Source: Octopus sinensis
Taxonomy: Eukaryota
Assembly: GCF_006345805.1 (NCBI RefSeq)
Contig: NC_042998.1
Location: 191,580,001-191,644,000, forward strand
Length of the DNA stretch: 64,000 bases
Direction: 5' to 3'
The translations under genes were made by a program, and so were the position numbers. The notes beneath the pieces were generated by a model. That model was not told the origin of the DNA, searched no databases, and saw only the letters and a list, made by a program, of their open reading frames with translations. How positions within the stretch are numbered: the first letter of the stretch is position 1; every line of letters begins with the position of its first letter. This document shows positions 53,557 through 64,000 of the stretch, one piece after another.

Positions 53557-56050
53557 TCAAAAGAGCGAAAACGGTGAGGCCGACTTGGTGATTATTCGAA
53601 CAGCTATCGTACAGCAAGCAGTAGTAACAGCTTTGCATTGGTGGCAGCGTCGGTAGGAGTTCTTAAGTAAAATGGAACGATGACGGGGGCGGCGGCAAGG
53701 TAGTTGTGGTGTCGATGGTGGTGGTGAGAATTCAAGAGGTGGAAGCAAACATGGAAAAGGGAAGGATGAGGAGAAAAACAGTTGATAAAAAGACGATGAT
53801 GGTATATGCACACTGTGAAATCGGTGCTGCTGTGTTATAAGCAAAATGTTTAGGTGTATATACGCTGATAGGTATACGTGGTATATCTTATTCTGTATTA
53901 TAAATATAAATATTTACGTATATATTTTTTGATGTTTAATAGTATTTCCATGATAGAATCGAAGTAAAATCACAGTGTTATTTATTCTCTGAGTGGATTA
54001 CGGTATGGAACTGTAAAAGGATATTGATTGTTGTGGTAGCAGTGGCTGTGATGGTTGAAGTGGTTGTAGTGGTGGATCTCCTAGAGGTACTGTGTCACCA
54101 AATGTAGTCGTAATGGCGCAACAGATATCAGTAGAGGAAAGGTAAAAACAGAAGACGCTCTTCAAAGGTTGACTAAAACTACTGCTTCTGTTTCAATTAT
54201 AACCAAGGTTACAATGAGTGTATATCTTATGATGTAGGGGGGTGTTCGAATTTACTATCGACATTAGCCAGGTCACTGGTCGAAATGCTAAGATTATATT
54301 AATAATGGTTATGATGACGACAGTTATGATAATGATAATGGTGATGATGCTGGTAATGACGACGACAATGACGATGATGATGACGACAAAGTAGCTGGTG
54401 ACACTATTGGTTGTAAGGTTGACGTGCGTATATAGTAGAGGTCATGATTACAACTACTGCTAATTATTATTATTAATACTATTACTATTAATTTTACTGC
54501 TGTTATAATAATTATTAGTTTTTACTATTACTATTATTATAGAGAATATTATGGTTTTTTTTTTTATGCTGATGTTAGTGGTAGTGGGTGTTGCGATGTT
54601 TGATGAGATGTGGGTGTGTTGCTGATAATAGAGATGAAGATGATAATAATAACGATTGAATTAATGGAACTGGTGCTTCCTGGCCAAGGCAGTAATATCA
54701 GAATGTTAGAGCCGCCGCTGTCGTCGTCGACTTCTCTATCACTGGCATACATTCTGCAGTAGTAGTTGTAGTAACATTTTATCAAATGTGCAGCTCAAGA
54801 ATAGACGTTGTGTAATTTCTTGACGAAAGTATTTGATCAGAGAATTTTCTCATTATCTCCTGATCCTTTCAGTGAGATGCAAGGAAGAAGTAAATGGAGT
54901 TGCTTTCTGTCGTAATAAGATAAAGTCCAGTACAGAATGTCATTGCTTGTCATCTTGAGACACCAACTATAAAGCTACTGGATCTTGGCACCTGTTTATT
55001 GTATTTACAATAGTAGCGTAGCTAGTTGTAATATTAGTATCTATAGGAATACCAAGCAGAAGTAGTTACCGATTGTAGTGTCGCTTACAACGATTAGAGT
55101 CACAGAGGTAGCAGCAAGAGGGAGGTTTCTGTGATGTTGGATTGGTGAAGGTGAGGGTTAAGACATTCTTTCAGTTAGGACACTACACGTAGTAATACTT
55201 TTGATTCATTTCTTTTTTCTCAAATGATATCATACCTTCGATTTAATTTGACTGAGAAGACTTCAGTGTTGCTAAATGCACGAATGTTATGGACTATTCA
55301 GCTTTTATGAACAACAAAACACTAACTACAAAACACTACAAAACCAGTTACCTTTCAATAATATCATTCGATATAAATAGAATAAATAAGTTATTTATAC
55401 GTTTTAGGATATAATATAAACCTACACATATTTCAACGCGAACAGTTTATCTGTAAATACTATATTTCCCTGGTGTATCGAATCATGCAGAGGAAGATAA
55501 AATGCAATGGTGGTAAAGAGAAAGATTTCATTTGGGTATTTCAAACCAATCCTCTGTCATTCTTACAAATAATTCGAGTAAGGCCGCATATTTCGATTGA
55601 TGGAAACAGGACACGAGATTAAGAAAGGCACGAGGAAGGTTAACATATTTCGAAGGGGAAAATGAAAGTAATTTATATATGTAAATTTTATAGATATTAA
55701 TATATGTGGGTTGGTTCAGATGAATGTGAGTTTGAAAATACATTGTAGTTAATCAATGCTATATCATGTGTCCATTATAACGTGGCATCACGTATGCTAC
55801 TGGAATATATCACGAATCTTTAGCGCAGCAGACAATGTCTCGAAGACACTGCACTACACCAAATATTCAACACTGTTGCTCAGTTACCAAACACCTGGTA
55901 AGACCATTCAGTGATCCATGATCGATTCGTTGAGTTGTCTGTTGCAGCCGTTCAATAATTGTCCCGAGGATATATATATGAGGGTATTTGTTACTCTCTG
56001 GTGAATGTAGGTATCTTTGTTGTTTTAGTAACTTCTGGTTATTAAACACC

Positions 56051-56094
<44 letters not shown>

Positions 56095-56131
56095 CATAAA
56101 CACATACAGACACACACACACACATATACAC

Positions 56132-56164
<33 letters not shown>

Positions 56165-56168
56165 CGTA

Positions 56169-56220
<52 letters not shown>

Positions 56221-56230
56221 ATACATACAA

Positions 56231-56262
<32 letters not shown>

Positions 56263-56287
56263 GTCTGTCTGTATGTCTATCTATCTA

Positions 56288-56357
<70 letters not shown>

Positions 56358-56383
56358 GTCCTTATTTGTATATATACAACTAA

Positions 56384-56416
<33 letters not shown>

Positions 56417-57812
56417 GCATATTTATTTATATATATATGCATATTTGTATATCATATGTGTATATTTGTGTATATACAGATATACATATATACGCATATT
56501 TACCTATATATATATGATATAATATAATATATATATCCCTCTCCGCGCACTCAAATACAGGTATTGATAGATCGGTAGGTAGATAGACTGGTCAGTACCC
56601 GCCTACGCACAAGTATATATTTGCATACATTAATGTAGAGGTAGTCGTATGATGCATATTTACACACGCACACATACACATACATATACATAAACACACA
56701 CATACACACACACATACATATATATATATACATACACGCACACATACATACGTATCTATCTATATATATATATATATACACACACGTACACACATACTCA
56801 CATACAGCCACTGAACTAAATGAACATACTTCACTGATTAGCTGCTACTATAAAATATTGCTACTTATAGCACACCTATATCTATTATCCGTAAACATTA
56901 TTAATAGTAACATTGTCATCTTTGAGTGTGTCGTTAGATAGTAACATGTCTAAAGAAATCAATGAAGTATCAAGAACCAGATATGGCACAGACAGGGATT
57001 GGATATTACAGGCTTAAAATAATTTCTCCTCTAAACCATTGCTTCTGAATTTTACCAGTGTGCAGAAATCTTCTTAATCAGCCCTTTTAAAAATGTGATC
57101 GTCGTCTTGCACATACGCAAAGATTTACTGAGATTGAACGATGTTCCAATGTAACGAATGAAGATGTATTCCCTGCGCTCCTTTCTTATAAGCCGTGTCC
57201 CAAGTATATCAGCATTTTATACAAACAAAAACATCGTTTAACTTTATTTGGTAACAACATTATTGTAATATAACAGTCCTTATCCCTTACTGTGTCTACC
57301 ATTTAAGTTTCCCCTCCGCAATTTCTTTTATGTACTCTAATTTACCTAGATATATTCCCATATAAAATCTTTGCATTAGTATGTTTTTCATCACTTGCAA
57401 AATATGTTGGTGCTGTTTTGTTGGTGGCTACTATTGATATTTTGTTCGTGAGATCATGTCTGATCGAGCAGACTAACCAATCATCAAATGTATTCCAAGT
57501 TCAGACATCTATCATTTCTCTTTTTATTTCAGAAATAGTGAAGGTAATGAGTTATCCTATGTTCTTTCAATTTGTACCAAATAGCAGTGTCTGATATCAG
57601 GGCGCGCTGAATACTTTTAGTAAGTTCAGAAAGGGCACAGAAGATTTTTCAGAGGCCCATTCTTCTAAATTCGTCTAAATATTGTGGCTGCTAATGTTGT
57701 TGGTGTTTACCTCGGGATGATTTTGATCAAGCAAGCCTATGATCATGATCAAATGAATTCCAGTCATGATCAGCTGGTCGTTTCTTTGAAACATTGTGCA
57801 TCTAGAATGTAC

Positions 57813-58817
57813 CTGGATGAAAACATACGCATATACATTGTTAGTTAGTTAGTTAGTTAGTTAATTTGGCTCAAAAGCAAATAGCAAGGCCATGTAGGGG
57901 GACATGGAGTTAAGTACAGGGTGGTGTTCATGCAAAGAGTTCAGGCCACTTGAACAAAGCGGTCGTCGGCATCTTCACCATCTCGTCTGGCAGCTTGTTC
58001 CACGGATCCGCAACCCGGACGGAGAAAGCTCATCTCCTTCGATTGAGATGAAATCGTCGCAGGTAGAGCTTTTCGGAATGACCCCGCAGCCGACGCTCTG
58101 GAGCAGGAGTGAAGAACAGCTCTTTCGAGAGGTTACACTTTCCGCTTATGATGTTGTGGGCGAGAATGAGATCACCACGGCGTTTTTCAAGAGAATAAAG
58201 GTCGAGCGTCCTCAGCCTTTCTTCGTAGGACAAATTTTTGAGACCTGGATTTTGTGTTATGAAGTCCACAAAATACATGTACTTGTCAAATACTGTCGAT
58301 TATACCTTTCTGCAAAACTAAAATATCGTAGCTATACGAAATAGGTATTTACCAAACAAGCTACTCCCATTCTTTAAATACTAATTGATACGACATAAGA
58401 AGAGTTTTGCTGTTATTTTTTGCCAAACAAGCGGCCGTATTAAGTCTTTCCGATTTGGCAGTATCTTACTTTGTCTTTTTCAATAGTTAGCAAAATTGTT
58501 TCCAACGCAAGCGCAAGTAAATATTTCTTTTTGTAAGAAATGTAACGTTAAAAATATCACCTCAAAAGAATTAGAGTAAAGTCAATTCCGGAATATTTAA
58601 AATTATTAATAACCCGTATAAGAATTTCATTCTTCAGAGGTGGATTGGCAGCGTTGCTGGATGAAAACGTAAGCATATACATTGTACTTGTGTTCAAAAT
58701 TTTATCAGGGTGGATTCTGTGTTATGAAGTCCACAAAATACATGTGCTTGTCAAATAATGTCGATTATACCTTTCTGCAAAACTGAAATATCGTAGCTAT
58801 ACGAAATAGGTATTTAC
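57813..58817. repeat. Local direct duplication of ~160 bp; copy 1 interrupted by CR1
   Basis: 57813-57840 plus 58246-58352 match 58657-58684 plus 58711-58817. Confidence 0.88.
57840..58246 (-). mobile_element. CR1-type LINE 3' end with (TAAC)n tail, 5'-truncated
   Basis: PGLKNLSYEERLRTLDLYSLEKRRGDLILAHNII...RLRGHSEKL...RVADPWNKLP is typical of CR1 ORF2 C-termini; followed by a 3' UTR and (gtta)n at 57840-57863. Confidence 0.9.
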
Positions 58818-59328
58818 TCATGTTTGTTCTGAATTAACAATCCGTCGGGGACCATTTTGCTTTCATTGTTCCTCGGTGCATAAAATAATTTCTTGTCAAG
58901 CACTAGAGCAGATTCAGCTGAATATATATCTCCCAAATTTTAGAAATTTTATATGTGTTAGTAATGAAATGAAGAAGGAAAAAGGAGTAGAAGAAGCGAT
59001 ACGTGATTTGACACTATGGCGTCATTTTTTTTATGCGGACATAGTGCTATCACGTGAGTAACGATGATCAATCATGTTTATTTGGTTAAGTGTTAGACAC
59101 AAACATGGCGTATAATAATTAAAATAGAAAGGAAAGAAAAAAAAAGCCAGTCAATTAAACAAAAATAGGTATTAATTTCAATGAATAAGCAAAACAGTCG
59201 GCTCGGCTAACGGTTAAAAATAAGTTGCGGCACGGCAATAGGATAGACTCGGTTAATTTCAGTTTGGCTGTATGGTTTCTTAGAATGTGCTGACTTGGAA
59301 AGAAAAGGAGTGTCGCGTGGTTTAAGCC

Positions 59329-59449
<121 letters not shown>

Positions 59450-60372
59450 GTATGTGTTTCTTTGCGTTGAAGTTGACAAGTGTCGAAATAATAGTGATCG
59501 CCTGTCGACAGCTGATAGAAGGAATACCCCTCAGCATAAGTTATATCGATTACTGTATTAGCCAGTGACGTGTTGTTTGTTATAGGAAGAACTAGTGTTG
59601 TTTTTAATTCCCATTATACGGATTTATACTGTTTACTTTACATTCTGTATTATATTAAACCACGCGTTTCGCTACTTCATTCTAACTAATCAAATATATT
59701 TGCTTGTACCACAGAAATGTTCACACTAGCTGAATGTATTTGAACCAAGTCTTTATTTTTTTCATTTTGGGATTTATTTCGGTATTTATATCGACTTAAT
59801 TAATTAGATGATTACATATAAGAATAAATAACTTTTAAACAATATCTATTTTTAAAATAACTCCATTAGACTAATTAAAATATGAAGTATAGTACACTAT
59901 AATTAGTTTACATTTCTGTCTTCCAAGTTAAGAGAACTACAAGCGTTTTCATTTACATTCTCACCTTACTAGTGGCAAAAAATATTCCAAGCTTTAGTTA
60001 AGGTAATATTTAAAAGTATTTTTTTAAAACTATTACTGCCAGAAATTTCAAACACTTTTGGTTAATGAAATCACTGTTGAAAAGTTACGTTATAATTTTT
60101 TCCTTCAGTAAACAGGATTTCTAAGAAAGTTATTGTTGAGATGGAACATCAATATTTACATTTACATTTAAGAAATTAGTTATATATGTGAAGAGTAACT
60201 CTGGTTCCCTAATTATACACCATCCAGAATATTCAGGAATCTTTGAACCACATAATGCTATAGTTACTATGCATAGAAGAATAGAAGAATATCTCACGCA
60301 GTTATCATGTTAAAAACTTAACCTTTCTGTTATTTTATCATATATATATATATATATATATATATGATAAAA

Positions 60373-60530
60373 TGGCCTAGTGGTTAGGGCAGCGGACTCG
60401 CGGTTTCGATTCCCAGACCGGGCGTTGTGAGTGTTTATGGAGGGAAAACACCTAAAAGCTCCACGAGGCTCCGGCAGGGGGTGGTGATCCCTGCTGTACT
60501 CTTTCACCACACTTTCTCCCACTCTTCCTT
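60373..60530 (+). mobile_element. tRNA-derived SINE family C
   Basis: tggcctagtggttagggcagcggactcgcggtttcgattcccagaccgggcg; A and B boxes; matches 20517-20695. Confidence 0.85.
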
Positions 60531-60532
60531 CA

Positions 60533-60625
60533 GTTGGCCTGCTCGCTTAGCCAGCGGGGTGGCGTCATTCGAAGGCTAAAACAATGCGAACGCATTGTGA
60601 CCAGCGATGTGTAACAACATCTGAT
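60533..60625 (-). mobile_element. Family D repeat, 5'-truncated
   Basis: Reverse complement of about 33395-33487. Confidence 0.8.
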
Positions 60626-60800
60626 ATATGTATATATATATATGTATGTATGTGTGTGTGTGTGTGTGTGTATGTGTGTGCGTGCATGTGCGTGTGTAAT
60701 AAACACAAGTCGTGAGAGAGAGATGGGGAAATATCTCGATATCTTAATCACCAGTAGGCCTCCACTATTTTTGTCCTTATTCTGTCAAAACATTGACATA

Positions 60801-60902
60801 AAGGCGCCAATAGTACCAGTTACACACTGGGGTCGATCTAATCGACTTAATCCGTTTGTCTGTCCTTGTTTGTTCCCTCTGTGTTTAGCCCCTTGTATGT
60901 AG

Positions 60903-60905
<3 letters not shown>
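60801..60905 (+). mobile_element. SINE family B 3' portion (possibly internally deleted)
   Basis: aaggcg start joined to agtaccagttacacactggggtcgat...tttagccccttgt. Confidence 0.8.
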
Positions 60906-60970
<65 letters not shown>

Positions 60971-61844
60971 ATCTTATAATAATATTATTACGAAATTTCT
61001 ACTCTGAGACAACCCTAAGGGTGTATAAAATAAGCTGAACCTGAACAGCTATTCTTTCCCAATGCAATGTAGTTAAGTAATGTAGTTAGAAAACTTTAAT
61101 TCTAATCTCGTCCAAACTACTGGTTCTTCGTTGCTCAAGCATCATCATGCATAAAGCTTTTAAAATTAATTCTGTAGCGAATCTGTGCGTAGATCAGAGT
61201 GTCGAGTGTCATATGATCCAATGAAAGAATGCAAATGCTCTTCATTTAACATTCAATGAATATAATACGTAAAGGCAAATCAAATGCAATTGTAATTTCG
61301 ACGCCACATCTGCCAGGTCAGCATGCAGTATGACTTAATATGAGTAATGAAAAATCATTTCCACCCACATCTCCCATGATTTAGAAGAATCACGATAGTT
61401 CTTGAATAATAATATGCAAATGTCTTCTGCACATTTCAGGAGACGTGTTTCAATGACACAATCCAGCATTAGAAATGTCAATCTACGCAAGATGTCAAGA
61501 AAATAAAATCGCTTCATCGCTCCTGTATTTCTTCAGAAAGCTTTGTTATGCAATTGTTCAGAATATAGAAAGAGAATGCTGCTGTAGTGTAATCACACAC
61601 AATGCATAATTGTAATGTCTATGCATAATCGTTCTGTCATACCAACGTAATGGACTGGCTAATTCAGGCTGTCGAAAACATTCGTTTCTTGTTGAAGTTT
61701 CAGCTATTAACTGCCATAGACAAAGGCTAAGTTCTTAATTGATTATCCATAATCCAATTGATTGACCATGAAGCGTCCATCAAATAATTCTGTGTAGCAA
61801 AATTAAAAGAGTATTCCAGTATAAGTATTTTGACATAACGTTAG

Positions 61845-62208
61845 ACATTGAAGTAGAGGTAAGATTTAACAGCAGCAGACATTGGACTAGCGGTAAGATG
61901 TAGCGGTAGACATTGGAGTAGCGGTATGTTTTAACGGTGGGCATAGGAGTAGCGGTAAGATTTAACGGTAGACATTGGACTAGGGGTAAGATTTAACGGT
62001 AGACATTGGAGTAGCGTTAAGTTTTAACGGTGGACATAGGAGTAGCGGTAAAGTTTAACGGTAGACATAGGACTAGCGGTAAGATTTAACAGCAGACATT
62101 GGACTAGCGGTAATATTTAACGGTAGACATTGGAGTAGCGGTAAGTTTTAACGGTGGACATAGGAGTAGCGTTAAGATTCAACGGTAGACATTGGAACAG
62201 CGGTAAGA
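61845..62208. repeat. Minisatellite, about 11 copies of a 31-bp unit
   Basis: Consensus agcggtaagatttaacggtagacattggast. Confidence 0.95.
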
Positions 62209-63147
62209 CCAACTATATTTTTCGGAAACGATTCATTGTATAGTGCGATGAGCATAAATATTTTCCACAAATAAAGATCCTTGTATCTAATGAATAATGT
62301 TCCTTGACCTCCTTTACAAATATCTATTTTCTGTATTTATATCGCAATTTGTGAACAAATGCTTCATTAGTTACAGGTTTCCAGATGCGCCAATAACTAT
62401 TAGTGCCATCCCAAACAGTTAAGGTGACAAGGAAGTGTCTAGCCGCAAGAAAAGATTTCGTCCGTCAAGTACCATTTACAATTGAAGAGAGGGGAAGTGA
62501 TTGTACTTAAACAGAGAGTAAGGGCTAATATTTAAGCTTGATTTTGCATGTGGGGGTCTTATGTAATTCATTTAGCCGGTTGTGTAAACGTAACGAAGAA
62601 TCAATATACATAAATAGGAGCACCAATCATCCACCAAGTATCATACATCTCATTGCATTAACAGATGCATGTACAAAACATCACGAGCAGAGATGTAGTT
62701 AACAAACTAGCTCAAAAACTAATAGCAGCAAACTTAAATGCAACCAATACTTAAAATGTATCCACAACTGATCAGGAAACCTTCCATTTCACAGGTATGC
62801 CATAATAAATCTCATAAAACCTGAATTCCGTTCTGTTAAGGCAGCAAGGGGAATATAGATTTACACACAACTAATCACAAGCAAAGATTTGTAATCGTCA
62901 ACAACCGACCCACCTCGAAAGTAATTTCAGCGATATGTCTAGATACCCTCTGGAAAAGAAGTGCTTGTTAAACAAACCGTATGCAGGGTAAATATAGAAT
63001 CGGTAGATTGTACATTAAAACCATAAACCAGTTTGATCCATATTTAAAATGCATATCTTTAAGTCTCAAAATGTGCACGACATCTCTTGTAAAACATTGA
63101 AGTTTGGAGAACGGAGAGAGCAACCTCAAAACAAATAGGAGTAATGT

Positions 63148-63388
63148 AAGAGCGGCGAACTGGCACAATCGTTAGCCGGGCGAAATGCTTAGCGGTATTT
63201 CGTCTGCCGTTACGTTCTGAGTTCAAATTCCGCCGAGGTCGACTTTGCCTTTCATCCTTTCGGGGTCGATTAAATAAGTACCAGTTACACACTGGGGTCG
63301 ATGTAATCGGCTTAATCACTTTGTCTGTCCTTGTTTGTCTCCTCTGTTTGTCTCCTCTTGTTTAGCCCTTTGTGGGCAATAAAGAAAT
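63148..63388 (+). mobile_element. SINE family B, full length, 15-bp TSD
   Basis: aaataggagtaatgt at 63133-63147 and 63389-63403. Confidence 0.93.
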
Positions 63389-64000
63389 AAATAGGAGTAA
63401 TGTCGAAGACAAAGTCAGTCAATGGTCGGGACGCCTGTTAAATCTATGTGCTATCGAAATGCTCAAGGTCTTGGTTGTACCTGGTTGTATATAAGAGAAA
63501 TGAAACATCATCATGCGTATATGTAGAAAAATGTAAACTCCTACAGCCCCCCGCTATTTTCAACACCAATGGACGTCAAACTACAAACTGTTTGAACTCA
63601 CTACCAATGTCTTTGGGTTCCGAGTTCAGGCAGTCTGATACTAAGACGAGATATCAAGTGCAATTACTCCTCCCCTCTTCAGAAAAAATATCATGTTATT
63701 GAGCGCTGACAAATATTCCACACAGAAAATGATATCAACCTATGAAAAAATCGTAGTTATATTCTTTCAATTATAATAGCTATTATTTTTATTATTTAGG
63801 ATAGCTTTTGGGTTAAATTTTGCCAAGTATTATTTTTGTAAATCATATCTGATAATTTTCGCATAAAGTGTTGCTTTCGTCTAAGCTAATTTAAATTCCA
63901 AACCAGGCAAAGTTGTGCTTTGTTTAAAAACGTTCTATTTTGTAGGGAGTTTTATTATTTTTTACGATTAACTAAAGTAGTTCCTCTGAATCGATGAAAT

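Noticed and set aside
60373-60430. Possible tRNA gene
   Set aside because: A/B boxes present but no cloverleaf or poly-T terminator; continues into SINE body shared with 20517-20695.
61335-61620. Possible hAT transposase remnant on the minus strand
   Set aside because: Only a vague resemblance in a short stop-ridden stretch; no diagnostic motif or TIR.

Overview
AT-rich, non-prokaryotic DNA saturated with (TA)n, (CA)n, (TATC)n, (TACA)n and trinucleotide repeats, plus several recurring SINE families. The pattern resembles an Octopus (coleoid cephalopod) genome; this is inferred from repeat content, not a database match. Nearly all ORF-track entries are microsatellite artefacts. Recognisable elements are a decayed R4/Dong-type LINE (about 9.6-11.4 kb), a mariner remnant interrupted by a SINE (37.3-38.5 kb), a CR1-type LINE 3' end inside a local duplication (57.8-58.8 kb), four MITE/foldback elements, and two minisatellites (16 x 93-99 bp; about 11 x 31 bp). 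The only likely host coding region is a low-complexity, exon-like island at about 51.0-53.8 kb on the minus strand with two long overlapping ORFs; I cannot identify the gene. A possible minus-strand promoter and first exon lies near 28.6 kb. The most striking object is a 274-bp TSD-flanked, partly palindromic insertion (32546-32819). It carries minimal type I hammerhead ribozyme motifs head-to-head on both strands, and related intact or decayed motifs occur elsewhere in the window. No rRNA, tRNA gene or CRISPR array is supported.
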